DNA of 64,000 nucleotides from Eledone cirrhosa (taxonomy: Eukaryota). The translations under genes and the position numbers were made by a program. The notes below the pieces were generated by a model that saw only the letters and a program-made list of their open reading frames with translations, did no database searches and was not told where the DNA came from. Shown piece after piece: positions 27,959 to 41,740 of the stretch (the stretch's first letter is position 1; each line of letters starts with the position of its first letter). The stretch covers positions 35,898,001-35,962,000 of the forward strand of contig OZ024747.1 in NCBI GenBank assembly GCA_964016885.1, in the 5' to 3' direction.

Positions 27959-29038
27959 GGTGGGGGGCTATACATGTCAAATAAGTATAATTCTGTATGT
28001 GAATAAATACGTTTTTCACAGGTGTCATATTAGTGAAGAAAGTTTTCAAGAGAAGTTCAGAAACTTATTATCGTTTCAAATGTAAGCCTTAGTATTCGGT
28101 GTCCCCATAAATAACGTTAATGATCGGAACATATTGTACATAATACTGATTGGATCCCGACACTGCAACACGTATACAGATATAAAGATTATTTAAATAT
28201 GTATACATACGACTTGTTGAACATACACAGTTACACACACCTATGCCCACATACATACATGTATTTATATGTATGTGTGTGTGTTTTGTTTGTGTGTGTT
28301 CGTGTTTGTCGATGTTTCTGCATGCGGGTGTATGTTTGTGCATAAACATATCGTGTGTTTATGCGTAGGGTTGAGAGAGAGAAAGAGAGAGAGGGAGAGT
28401 GTGGGAGAGCGATTCTTTATGTTAAATGTAACTATTGCCGATATATATTAATTATTAAGTCTCAGATATGCACGTCAAATCCAATATCAGCAAAAAAAAA
28501 TAAAACTTTAAAAACTAAAAATAATTGCCAGAAATTACTTTTGACAGATTTATATCGTTATGCATTGGGATCCATGCAGTAGGTGAAATATATTTGACAT
28601 GGAATCATTTGTTTATTTCATATCTCTGCTGCTTAAAATGAAGTTAACTTTTGTCTGGGCAATATGCGGTTGGTTTTTGCAGTGCACTGCTTGAATCAAA
28701 TGATTCTTTTTATGCAATTATTGCTATATCCTATGATTCAGACGTTGATATTCTAAAATTAAATAACTGATGTAAAAATGGTACATTATTTACATTTGTT
28801 TTCTCTCATCACCCTGTACTTACGTGAACATTTAAAGAAAATGAATGTTCATCATAAATTATTTAACAATATTTGTAAGCTGGATTCCATGTAAGTATAT
28901 ATTCATAACTCATTTCTGTAATTGCTGGATTGGCTTATATATTTAGACAGCTACATATAAGTATGAATTAAACAATTCACATATTTTCAAAGGACACTTG
29001 AAAGCATATGCTTCCTAATGACTTTACTTTTATTTCAG

Positions 29039-29077
29039 CAATACGGGCAGAAGATGACTATTTTATCTCACTATCAG
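29039..29077 (+). other. Candidate 39-nt exon of an unidentified host gene
   Basis: Branch-like CTAAT, pyrimidine tract TTTACTTTTATTTCAG, 39 nt, then CAG|GTAAAT donor. Open in at least two frames (QYGQKMTILSHYQ or IRAEDDYFISLS). Confidence 0.3.
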
Positions 29078-29194
29078 GTAAATAAATGTAAAGTAATGTA
29101 ACATTTCTTATGGTTATTACGTAGGCGAATACTTTCGATTCCAGCGTAGGGTGACTAACGCTTTTCATGAAAATGTAATCATTTTCATTCAGCA

Positions 29195-29520
29195 GCAATG
29201 GAATCGCCTTGTTACGCCTCCCCGGTAAAGTCTATGCTAAGTGTCTGGCAAGTGATGCAGGGAGAATGTCGAGTCCAGGCTAACTGATTAACAGTATGGT
29301 TTTTGCCATGGATGAAGCACAGCCAACCAAGTATTCACTCTATGGCAGGTAATTAGGAAATCGTGGGATTATTAGGAAAAGGTATATTCTTGTTTTGTGT
29401 TTTTGTAGACGTCGAAAAGCCATATGACCACGTTCCTCGTGACTTGATGTGGAAGGATGTGCTGGAGTATGAGATCGATGATCAACTTATTGCTGCCCTT
29501 GTGCCACTATACACTAATTT
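29195..29520 (+). pseudogene. RTE-clade RT fragment
   Basis: GIALLRLPGKVYAKCL...QYGF..G*STANQVFTL...FVDVEKPYDHVPRDLMW. Confidence 0.75.
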
Positions 29521-29695
29521 TCCTGTTTACATTTCAACATCTGCAGACGGTGCATTGAATAATGCTTTAATAACGACCTTATAATGCCATTGAAATGTGT
29601 ATAATGGGATGATGTAAAGAAATGTAAGGATGTTGAATATGGGAATCCATCTCTCTTCCTTTTTCCTAATACACCCACGCACACACACACACACA

Positions 29696-29732
<37 letters not shown>

Positions 29733-30450
29733 TGTAAATAACAATCAAAGAATGTTTAAAACATTTAATCACTGACAATCGTTTCATCCTAGCACAAGGC
29801 TGGTTTCATCGGAGTAGATAATAAAGGTCAAAACACAAATATAATATCAGAACTTTGTCACAAGATAATTAGGAGAGTACGTAAGTAAGCCTCATTATCA
29901 ACATTTATATAAGATAAGATAGCAAAGGCGAAAGAAGCAGATGAAGAATAGGAGCATATAAATGCAATATAATTAGGAGCAGATAAAAGCATTAAATATT
30001 TAAAAAACATGGTGCTATAGAAAAAAATGCTGCTACAGAAAGATTAAGTACAGAGAAAGACATATGCATTAAATAGATATATATCACAATCATTAAACAA
30101 TTAATAAAATTGATAAGAGCAGGCATGCAGTTCAAATATAAATTAAAAATATTTTAAATACATCTCCAAGAGATATATTTAATAATGCATATAAAAGGTA
30201 ATTCAGCCATAATAATAAACTATTATTTTTCAAACCATGCAAAGGTAATCATTTTGAGGAAGTATAATCAGCAAAGTAAAAATCAAATATAGATTGAAGT
30301 GTTATCAAGACATCATCATAACAAAAGTACCACATTTTTGCATAGAGGAGAGAAAGTCATGCATGCTTAAGCATAAACAAGTCCATCTTAACATGGAGTT
30401 TAATCCTCTATGCTTAAGCATTAAGAACTCCATCTTAACACCCACCCCCC

Positions 30451-30505
<55 letters not shown>

Positions 30506-30510
<5 letters not shown>

Positions 30511-31768
30511 AAGAATGAAGAGTAGCGTATAATCAAAACAATAATAATAAAATATATATGGTAAATAGGTAGAGAAGTTACAGATGTAAAAATTAAAAAG
30601 TAAATGATAAGAAAATATACATTAAAAAAGTAAGAAAATAAGAAAATGGAAAATATAAAGAGCTAAATAATGGTAAGTGAGAGCATGTAAGTACAGAGTA
30701 TGTTTGTGGGGGTGGTGGTGAGTAAGTGTGCTTATAAGGATACTTTGGAGGATTTAATGCTAACATGAAAAGTCAAATTCGAAACATACATAGATACGTG
30801 TAGTGACAGATAAAAGAAAAAAGATAAAGCAATATTAGAGATTAATTGGAGATACAAGTTTGAGATTTAAGGGCTGGGGTGGATAGTGAAGGGAGGTTTG
30901 ACAAACGTGTGTGGTAAATATTATGCTGATTGTCTTGTCTTAATGGGGTTGATGCTGTTTCAAGGAAAGAGGGTGACAGCACATCAACCCCATTAAGACA
31001 AGACAATCAGCATAACATTTACCACACACGTTTGTGAAAAATCCCTTCACCATCCACCCCTAGCCCTTAAATCTCAAACTTGTATCCCCCAATTAATCTC
31101 TAATTTATTTATTTTTCTTTTTTCTTTTATCTGTCACTACACGTATCTATGTATGTTTCGAATTTGAAGTATCCTTATAAGCACACTTACTCACCACCAC
31201 CACAAACATACTCTGTACTTACATGCTCTCACTTATCATTATTTATCTCTTTATATTTTCCATTTTCTTATTTTCTTACTTTTTTAATGTATCTTTTCTC
31301 ATCATTTACTTTTTAATTTTTACATCTGTAACTTCTCTACCTATTTACCATATATGTTTTATTATTGATGTTATTGTTTTGATTATACGCTACTCTTCTA
31401 TATATATCTTGCCTCGAGTGAATTATCTTTATATCTACCTACTCTGATGAGTTGGTCAGAGGTAAATAATGTAATGGAGATCGATTGACGCAACTTCAAG
31501 CGATTTGCGACCTCTAGACTCACCTGATCAACGAAACAATTGTCAATACCTGAAATAAAGCCCTTATTGTACAGCCAACCATGTTACTCTTCATTATTTC
31601 ACTATTATTACTCCAAGTATAACCTGCATAGGAATTATCGCGAACTTGCTGCCTAACTATGGAAACATCTTATTGAGTCAAACAAAGCCGTACGTTAAAA
31701 CTATCCACGACGCAGAGTACTCACAACCTCTAACTGGATTACCTATAACGATAACTTGTTATCCCATA
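30506..31768 (+). mobile_element. PLE-type 3'UTR/pLTR (30960-31768) with a diverged inverted copy (30506-30958)
   Basis: Arms match by reverse complement (e.g. TTGTCTTAATGGGGTTGATG / CATCAACCCCATTAAGACAA); HHR at 31440; flanked by (TA)n. Confidence 0.7.
31440..31548 (+). ncRNA. Type I hammerhead ribozyme with long stem II
   Basis: CTGATGA 31444-31450; stem II GTTGGTCAG/CTGATCAAC; GAAA 31533-31536; palindrome ACAATTGT; GTC cleavage triplet; stem I TACT/AATA with one mismatch. Confidence 0.75.
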
Positions 31769-31799
31769 TATATATATATATATATAAAAAAACAACATA

Positions 31800-33272
31800 A
31801 TGACTCGAAACAGCAAATTACCCACCTTCTACCACCTGGTTAAAACACATAAACAAGGACCCAATTTGAAAATCAGGCCCATTGTCTCTAGCGTGGAGGG
31901 CCCACTCTACAAAATATCGTGGCTGCTCTCCACACTACTGAAACCTATTCTACACACACTACCAGCCCACGTCTGCAGCTCAAAGGAAGTCTTGGAGCGA
32001 CTACACCATCTGGCGCCCAACACCAGAAAGGACAACGGTTATGCCTTCAGTCTTGATGTGGTCGCCCTTTATACCTCCGTACCAGCATCCCCAGCTGTCG
32101 ACCTGTTGACCGAACGAGTCCGAGCATCTAACTTACACTGCTTCGGACTCACACACACGGACATCCACCAACTCCTCTCCTTCGTTGTGGATAATGCACT
32201 CTTCAATTTCCTCGGCCACACGTACAAACAAATCTCTGGGCTACCTATGGGCTCTAGTCTGTCCGGCATACTTGCGATCTCGTACATGGACCACCTGGAA
32301 AGCAAGGCACTCAATACCTGCCAACCCAACGCCGTCGCCTTCTACTCCAGATACGTTGATGATATCCTGATACTTACTTCTTCCCGGGAGATGGCGAATG
32401 AAATTCACCAAATCTTCAACGATACTGACCATCACGTCGATTTCACCATCGAACACCCAGGAGAAGACGGGTCACTCGCCCTCCTCGACTTCCGTATCAA
32501 CATCTCGGAAGAAGGAGACATAAACACCACCTTCTACCGCAAAGCAGCGTGCAAGTACTTATTTGTGCATTATAACTCAGCCCTCCCCAACAACGCTAAG
32601 AGAGGCTATGTCCTAAATGAACTGACACGGATCACTAACAGATGCAGCGACCCGATGGGTGGTCTCACCCATACCACGCAATTCCGTAATCTACTCAGAT
32701 CTAATGGTTATCCCAAGCGACTGATTAACGGAATTAGAGACCCCAGACCCAATAGACAGACACCCACTAGAAAATTAAATAATAGCAGGTGCTTCTTTAA
32801 AATCCCCCACCTGTGTGAATATACCACGAACGCCATCCGCAGGGCCATACGGACGGAGGGACTTGACATACATTTGGCCCACACATGACCTTCGCTGCGA
32901 AGATGCCTCTCCAACAAACCCGACGGGTCAGATGGGACGTGTTCCCTCAGCAACTGCCCGATACGGGGGGCAGATTGCCTACGCACCTATGTCGTATATA
33001 AGATTCAATGCGATAAATGTAACAAGTTTTACATAGGTAGCACCATCCGACCCCTACATGTTCGTATCAAGGAACATATCAACACCAACGCATCTTCCTT
33101 CCGTAAACACATCCTTAAATGCGGAAACCCACAGGGTAGACCCTTGGTCACAGTCCTAGCGACTGAACGCAGCATCGGATCCTTAAGGATAAAGGAAGCA
33201 CTTGTTATTAAGAACCTCAGACCCCCACTTAACAACCGGGCTGAGAGAAATGAGCTGACATGGCTAACTTAA
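31800..33272 (+). pseudogene. PLE polyprotein fragment (RT + GIY-YIG): 491 codons in one frame with one internal TGA (32886-32888)
   Basis: FYHLVKTHK, IRPIVS, SLDVVALYTSVP, GLPMGSSLS, RYVDD, LALLD, FYRK; after the TGA, VVYKIQCDKCNKFYIGSTIRPLHVRIKEH...IKEALVIKNLRPPLN. Confidence 0.92.
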
Positions 33273-33877
33273 CCATAGTGACCATTCACAGCCTACGGCC
33301 TGCTATCTTCACACACACGCACGTATATGCATACCCATACGCATACACACACACATCTATATTTATACACGCACACATGTTTTTACAACCTACCACCTTT
33401 CACACCCTTTGATTTCCAGCTTCTACAGCCCACTATCTTTCACACACAAACGCACTCACACATATACACACACATTTACACACACATGTATACCCATACG
33501 CTTACACACACACATCTATATTTATACACGCACACATGTTTTACAACCTACCACCTTTCACACCCTTTGATTTCCAGCTTTTACAGCCCACTATCTCTCA
33601 CACACACACTCACACATATACACACTTACACTTATACACACACAGTTACACACACATATATATTTACACACACATATCTTACGGCTTTCACACGCTAGCG
33701 CACCCTCTTGATTTAACCCATTTGGTCAGTAGCTTTTGCCACAGCCTATCACGCGCACGCGCATTCTTTCCCTCGTTTAAATTTTAAATAATTTTCTCCC
33801 CATAACGGCATTCCTGTCTTAACGACATCACAACTTTCTCCGCTTGGCCTGTCCCCCCCCCCCCCCCTTTGGAACTT

Positions 33878-33913
33878 TCCCCCGTTGATGGGCGTGAGCC
33901 CGAAATATTGGGA
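33878..33913 (+). ncRNA. Ultra-minimal hammerhead motif with two core substitutions
   Basis: TCCC-CCGTTGA-T-GGGC-gtga-GCCC-GAAA-TATT-GGGA, at the position expected in a PLE pLTR. Confidence 0.55.
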
Positions 33914-34106
33914 TTAAATCTCTACTACGGTAACCCTTCTACCTTTGTTTTGTTTTCATCTTTGTCTCTCTCAATTTTCACTTTCACCTGTTTTTCCTAT
34001 CTATCTTTCACTTCCTACCTCGATATTTCCCTCTGCATTGTTGTGGCTTTCTTAACTACGTATTTTACACATTTCACAATGCTTCAAGCAAACTATAACA
34101 CCCTCC

Positions 34107-34137
<31 letters not shown>

Positions 34138-34187
34138 ACATATATAAACACACACACATATATAAACACATATATAAACACACACAC

Positions 34188-34235
<48 letters not shown>

Positions 34236-34271
34236 GAAAAATGGCGAGCTGTGTTGTTGCATATATGATAT

Positions 34272-34757
34272 ATATAATAAATGAAGAATTAGAAATAGAA
34301 GCCAGAACAATCCGTCATCAGTGGTCTACTAGCCACCATAGGTATTTCTTCGCATTACAGACCATATACCTCAAGCAAGGGCGATACAATAACCAAATTA
34401 AGTTATTGGGATTAAAATAGCTGGGTGGAGAAAGAGAAATAGGTAAACAAACACGAATGGTGAGACAACGTAAAGAGAGGAAAAAATGATAAAATAAAGT
34501 CAATAATTCATTTTGAACATAAGAACTTGCGAATATTGACGAGAATGCAAAGACACATATTGGCCGTGCTGCCTCACCATTCGTGTTTCTTTACCTGTTT
34601 CTCTTTCTCCACCCAACTCTTTTTATCCCAATAACTTAATTTAGTTATTTATCGCCCTAGCTTGAGGTATATGGCCGGTAATGCGAAGAAATACCTATGA
34701 TGGCTAGTAGACCACTGATGACGGATATTCCTGGCTTCTATTTCTAATTCTTCATTC

Positions 34758-34775
<18 letters not shown>
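34272..34775. repeat. Diverged ~200-bp inverted repeat (34272-34469 / 34568-34775) between (TA)n tracts; probable PLE pLTR fold-back
   Basis: CCGTCATCAGTGGTCTACTAGCCA versus TGGCTAGTAGACCACTGATGACGG; contains a CTGATGA half-core. Confidence 0.8.
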
Positions 34776-34805
<30 letters not shown>

Positions 34806-36414
34806 TATAAACATATATATAAACACATATGTTTGTGTGTACATGTATGCGTGCGTATGTGTATGTGTATGAGTGTGAGTAAAGGCGTGTATATATGGCT
34901 ATATAGACATAAATCCCGTGATATTGAATCATGAAGAAACAATGTGAGTAATGAACCGATCGATGACACAATCTATTTTTGTTTAAGAAAACTACCATAG
35001 GATTGAAGCAGATTGTACTACCATTGAGGAAATACCTGCCACCGGTGAAATAACATGATTTTATTTTCCGACGTTTTAACCTGTTTAGTTTCATTTGAAG
35101 CAGGAAATTAATGCAAATTGTTTTTACAGACATTATATATGCGCGTCACTCACCACATTTATGAATGCACTTATAACCACATGATTTAGTAATTTTGGTT
35201 GAAGTATATGGTCACCCAGCTCTTTAGCTTGATTTATTAAATTAGGAAATGAAACTTGCATTTCAAAGTTACCTGAAGTCATTACTGTCAATGGTAAACA
35301 AAACAAGATTATACAAAATCACCCTGGTTTTATCATTACCTATTATTCATTGTCGGTATTTCTTTGTTTCTATTCACAAATATTTTCAATCAGACACATG
35401 TCTGAATATGTTGATTCAGATATATATATATAAAGAAACCCTTATTTGTATTATCCATGTTTGTATACATGTCACTCATTCACTTGTATTGAAAAACATT
35501 CGTTTTAAATATATACATGAATGAATTTATAGTATATATCTTGGGTTAATATATCTTCTCTTCTTTCTTAATTTGTGTTATTCCCTTTGTACCCGGAGAA
35601 ATGTATCGGTGTGTCTACTCTGATTGTCTCTTAATCTTGAATTATCTCGTTGCATAGAGAGAAGAATTGGATCAATGCCGATTGAACATACCGTGAAATT
35701 CATGTCTTCACTCTCAAATAAATTACTGATGGGAAAACTATGTTTTCATTTCTTGTGCGAAGAACACAAGGTATTAATGGAATCTAATAAGATAAATTAG
35801 TTAATGTTTTAGGGTAATGAACGTGATACAACATTAGCATGACTCATAACTTGAACTAAATTCATTTGCGAAATATATGACATTGACCTTAATCAATGTG
35901 GTATCATTGCTATACACAGAATATGCATTTCACCCAACACCTGGTTGTATGTGTATGAATACTAAAGTACTTATCATCGGAGCTCGGTAACGCAAGAAAA
36001 GACATTGTACGAATTATGTTTTGTTATATTGTATTCGTACGATAGATCTTTCATATTTCATTTTAGTGATGTAATTTCACGTGCATTATTTTGACCAACA
36101 TTTCGATTAAAATTTTCCTCTGTTTTCTTAAGGGTGATCGCTGACATTTCGTAATTGTTACAACGTTATTGTAATAATTTATGTTTTTTTTAGTTTAATG
36201 AATGACCAGCTGATCTCCGGTAAATAGTCTCATATATCTGCCCAATGGTGTCTCAGGCCATAGTACATTCATCATTTAAAAACATGGATTTTAAACTTCA
36301 TTCGTTAAGAAAAATATATTTCTACCCTGCCTGAGATTTATCTGCAAATGTATTTGGCGGTTTATTTTCCGAAGCAGGTGTGTTATTCGGATTGTCACGT
36401 CAAAGCACACTACG

Positions 36415-36488
36415 CGGTCGATAAAATAAAGTACCAGTAATGCACTGGGTAATTGCTGGCCTTGTGCCTAAAGTAGAAACAATTATTA
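36415..36488 (+). mobile_element. SINE 3' fragment
   Basis: GGTCGATAAAATAAAGTACCAGTAATGCACTGGG...TTGCTGGCCTTGTGCCTAAAGTAGAAAC. Confidence 0.7.
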
Positions 36489-37034
36489 CGATGTCGATAT
36501 AATTCGTACATATTTCAATTATATTTCGCATGTTTAAAGAATTGTCTGACACATAAAACATGGGGAGTGTTTCCTCTGTAAAAGTGTTATTTCTTGTTTA
36601 CTAATGTGCATTATGCCGCCACATATGCAGTTTAGAGGAGCACCTGGATATCATAGTTTATTTGCATGCAGAGATATTCATCGTGACTATTTTTAGGAAC
36701 ATAGACGTAATCTTGCGCCAAGATTTAGATAACGAAATATTTATATCACTAGTACATTTCCGTAATTAATAGAGGGGGTTTATGCGCAACGCTATGTCTG
36801 CTTATAAACAGGCTTATTTCCCTTCATTTCCAACGTTTTTCATATAAAAGGACGAGTACTGATTTACAAACAGAAAAATATATGTCTTAGCGAAAGCAAA
36901 TAGAAAATCCATATTTTTCAATCGGTAATGTGATAGATAGATATCAGAGTGTTTACGACAAAAAAAAAGCTCCTATTATCTCAATTTCTCTGTCTTTCCT
37001 TTACTACCTCTCTCTCCCACATCTCTCTCTTTTA

Positions 37035-37144
<110 letters not shown>

Positions 37145-39599
37145 ATAAAGCACTGGGCGCGTAGAATGTTTTTAATTTTAATTTAATAGCCTCAACGCTT
37201 TTGATTATGGAACACTATCTCATACATTTAGTATATACATCATTGGCGACGGAAAGATATATGTAGAGGGCATGGTTTGAGTGTATGCATGGTAAACAGC
37301 TTCGTTTCAAATTCACGTGATTTCAAGTTCATCCTCAATTCGTGGCATTTTTGGTAAGTTTCCACTCGAAAATGAAAACAAAAGATGTGACGAGTAAGAA
37401 GGTATAAATTCCATTTGAGCTCAATATCACATCATATATATGTATAAAATATAGTCCTAATAAATTCTTTCCTCACATAAATGGATGAATATCTTTCACA
37501 CATAAAGTAGCCCAAAGACCACCCCGAATCCCTATTTAATTGTAGAAAATACATAGCATGCCACTTAAATATCACATCTAAGGTATATACCATTCAATGT
37601 ACATGCTGTATTATACGATACAGAATTCTCCTTCGCAAGAAGTAAAACATATACTCACTACATGTGTGTTTGTAAATTGTAATGAAAACAGTACTATGTA
37701 ATATTTGTTGCTCCATTGCGCCTTTTCACAATCCATTATCAAGAATGATGAAGTCTCATCAGTTTTGTTTTATAGTTATCAAATGTGTGTGATTGAAACA
37801 GCTTGCAGGCATGCATAGAAAATGACTAAAATTATAAGGGTATCTAATTTAATACATCACATACAATACAACTATCCTGCAACAAGAATGTCACCACCAT
37901 GTACAATTGCATACAGAAGCTGTAGGCGCATTTACTATCGTACAACAAAGAACACTTTGAAAATATCATTACGGTAGTATTAAGACAGATATTGAATGAA
38001 AATAAACGACTTGGCTGATGTTATCAATCTAAATTGAAAATAAATACTGGCGAAATAATGAAGTTTATGCATATTAACATTAATAGAGGTTTACTTGAAA
38101 TACAGAATATGGTATTTAGAATAACGGCTACTTTAATGGAATTCACTATGGAATCCATTTTCTTTGAGGATTTTCGACTTTCTTTTGAGTAACGATATTG
38201 ATTAAAATACTGAACGTGACCAAATAAAACAATGAATTTAGTTAAACAATATATTACACATATACGGAGTTGCAGCCTACTGCTAAAACAATTGAATTAT
38301 TTTCCGCTCCAATTGACAGAGTAAATATCATTTTCAAGTTAGTAAATTGGAATAGAATGCAGAGAAGCATATTGAATGACATAATACATTGACTTGTTAG
38401 CATAAGGTCAAATGCAAATTTACCCACGTTCATATTTAACTTATATTCTTCAGGAATAATTGAAATAGTAAGACAGGAAATCTTTCATTTATCCATTCCG
38501 GCATGCGTATGGAAACATGCTCAATCAAATAAAATCAATACCTTTATTTTGATATTTTAGATAAGCTTATATATCTTGTAGTTTTTACCTTGTATTGCAT
38601 ATGCCAATCTAATATCCTAGAGACGACATAGACTAACTCAGCATATGATCAAATACGTTGCGCTTTAAGATCATGCGTACGCGTATATAGGTGTGCGTGT
38701 GTGTATGTGTATATGCATACATTTATATGTATGAGTATATAAATATAAACGGGCAAACTTAGAAAATACACACGAATGCACATACATTTCACACAAACGC
38801 ACGCATACATTCACACGCGCACGCGCACGCAAACATACATTTACAGAAGCACACACATACACATACCTTCACACACAGCATAGCCAATAGAACTTCTGTT
38901 GTTTTGCTATAGTGTTATCACCACCCCTTCCCTCCTACACACAAACACACACGTTGTGTGACGGATGAAGTCACTCAAATGTGTATATAGATAATGTTTC
39001 GTCTCAGAATATGCATAACATCAAAAACATCTCGCAATCGCTATCAGAACACTACTCAATGGAAATTACTCTTGATCTAAGAGCAAAAGAAAATATTTTT
39101 TTATGAAATCTTTAGATATTTTTCCAGATTGGTAGAAATCGTAGCGTCTATATTGTTGTGCACGTGATGTCGACCAACAATTCACAGGCTCTCATGTAAT
39201 TCCAGTCGTACTGAATTTCCGCCTTGTTGCGGCTAGGGCGGTGTGAGGTTAGTGAATCCCATTATCAGTTTCAATTGTTAGCGTGACTATATTTAATTTG
39301 TGTTTTGCTACATAGCCAAGTTTTGTGGTTGAGGTTCATATCGCGCGGTAAGCAGCCAACTTGACAGCCGAAATAGGTAGCACCAACCATTATGACTAAC
39401 ATTATCAAGAGAAAAGCAACGACAGCAACAGTGACAATAACAACGAGCCCGCATCTTTGGTGAAAGAAGACATTCGAACCCCAGCAATCAGCCTGACAGC
39501 TGAAATAGGTATTGGCATCAACTACCACTGCCATTAACAAGAGGAAGGATAAAACAGTGGCAGTGATACTGTCGCCTCCATAGCTGATGTAGGTGAGCC

Positions 39600-41740
39600 A
39601 TGAGACTTCACTCATTCCAACACTTTCCCTTACACCACGTGCACCTACTAGGCTTGTGACAACCAGCCACTCACTTCTGAAGCCGCTTGGTGCCCCAGTC
39701 CCCGGATCAACGCCCCATCATCCATCCCCCCAGTCGACATCTGCAGCACTTGCAGCACCACGAACAGATGAAAGAAAGGCCAGAACTGTTCGGGGTACGG
39801 CTGCTTCCACCACCTCACCTGTGTTGGCTTGACGCGTCGAGCTTCCACTGCCCTCGCAGCATGGAGATGCAGAAACTCTCTTCCTATGCCCAGCCACAGC
39901 TAAGGCCTCCTAAGGCCTGCTAAGGTGGACTGCAGGTCCATAACACCTGAACTGGGTGAGGAGTTCAGCCCGGTGCAACTGGGTGTCGTCGTGTCCGGTG
40001 GCTGTGAGGGGGCCGCACATACAACCAGGCAGTTCTTCAACAGTTGGCCACCGGAACCGGCATCTAGGGATTCCAAGCCTGACATGAGGAATGCCTTTAA
40101 CTGCATGCGCCGGGACCATCTGCTCGATGCCTGTCTCAGCCGAGCCCCCGCTGCCTACCCGCTGGCCTACCTATCATATGGAGCCCTGAGCATGCCACTT
40201 GCTGCTGACATGGTCATACTTTCGGCTACAGGGGTCCAACAGGGCTACCGTTTGGGCCCCCTCCTGTTTACCCTCGTTATAGACCACATTGCCCGGAGTA
40301 TCACGGCCCCTCTCAACGTTTGGTACCTGGATTATGCTACGCTGGGCAGACTTGTGGTTACTGTCTGCTATGACCTTCGGTGGTTCTTGCCCTGGTGGGA
40401 ATCGGCCTCCAGGTCAACTCAATCAGGTCGGAGGTGATGAATATCAGCCATGATGCAGAGACATTTGCAGCCTCCGTCTCGGACGTGCGGTCTATTCTCT
40501 ACCAGGTATATGTGACCTCCAAAGAGGATGTCCTCATCCTCGTGTCACCGATCCACTCGCCGGTCATCCACTCCACCATCAGGTCTAGGCTCCAGCAACT
40601 CCAGGCCTTCACGAGTCGACTGGGCTTGATCGACGGCCACCCAGCGCTCTTCTTGTTGAGGAACTGCTTTGCTATGCCGAAGCCCCTATACACAATTCGT
40701 CAGGTTTGACGACATTTGATGGCAAGAGGCCACTTTACCTGTCAGATATGGCGGCCTTGGCCTCCGGTCCCCCGATCTCCCTGGCTTTGCCGGCATTTCT
40801 TTCTTCGGTAACATCATGCCACGTCCTCGTCAGCAACGTTCTCAAAACCACAATAGAACCCTCTGTGTTCAGGGAACGTGAGATCGCCTGTGATACGTGG
40901 GACGGTCTCGGACTTAGCTCAGTAGATGTCCCTTCTACTTCTCCGCCTGCTGGCATCAATCCACGCAAAGCGTATGGGATGCCATCCAGTGCAGCCTGGC
41001 CTACGACAGCTCACGCACCAACTCGACCAGCACCAGCTTGCCCGTTTTCGCGTGGCCTCCAAACCCCACAATGGTGCCTGGCTCCATGCATTGCCCTCCT
41101 CCTCCACTGGCACGCAGCTGGAAAACGATAGCCTGCGCATCAGCGTTTCCTTGAGGCTTGAACTCCGGATCTGCCTGCCACATCATTGTCGCTGAGCATC
41201 CAACATGGGCTCTTTCGGCCACCACCTGCTTTCCTGTGGCCACAGTCCGGCCGCCTTCCATGGCATGCTTCCCTCAGTGGTGTCATTAAGCATTGCTTGG
41301 ACGCTGCAGGCTTCCGCTTCCAGCTCGAGTCGGTGGGGCTGGACCGAGGGGATGGTAGTAGGCCATACGTTATGACCATCTTCCCGTTCCGCGGTGGCAA
41401 ACCTCTCGTCTGGGATGTCACTTGCAGCGACACTTTCTCCAGCCGCAACCTGGTGCAGACTGCGACTAACCCAGGTACTGCTGCACGTCGGGCTGAGGAG
41501 GCCAATCTCTCCAATTATCGGTCGCTCTCCGACAGGTACGCGGTCGTGCCCTTGGCAGTCGAGACTACCTCCCTATTCACCACCATAGGCGCTGAGCTGG
41601 CCAGCCGCACGTGTGATCCTCGCCAGTTTGATTGGCTCTTCCAGCGCATCTCCCTTACCATCCTCCGGGGAAAGGCCTTCTCCATCCTGTCCGCCTGGGC
41701 TTGTGTGGAGGCCAGCACGTGGGACGCCATTTGCTCAATA
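39600..41740 (+). mobile_element. Decayed CRE-clade non-LTR retrotransposon (RT plus restriction-like endonuclease)
   Basis: QLGVVVSGGCEGAAH, DMRNAFN..RRD, GVQQG..LGPLLF, WYLDY (from YLDD), GAWLHALP, SLRLELRIC, RHASL, DGSRP, LVWDVT, PLAVET, FQRISLTILRG; frameshifted. Confidence 0.8.

Larger units (their letters stand above)
31790..34108 (+). mobile_element. 5'-truncated Penelope-like element: RT plus GIY-YIG, 3'UTR with ~160-bp tandem duplication (33331-33610), and pLTR
   Basis: Protein motifs listed in the next feature; degenerate HHR at 33878; (TA)n at both ends. Confidence 0.92.

Noticed and set aside
37266-37360. Possible tRNA-like SINE head
   Set aside because: Too diverged to delimit; no cloverleaf, so not a tRNA gene.
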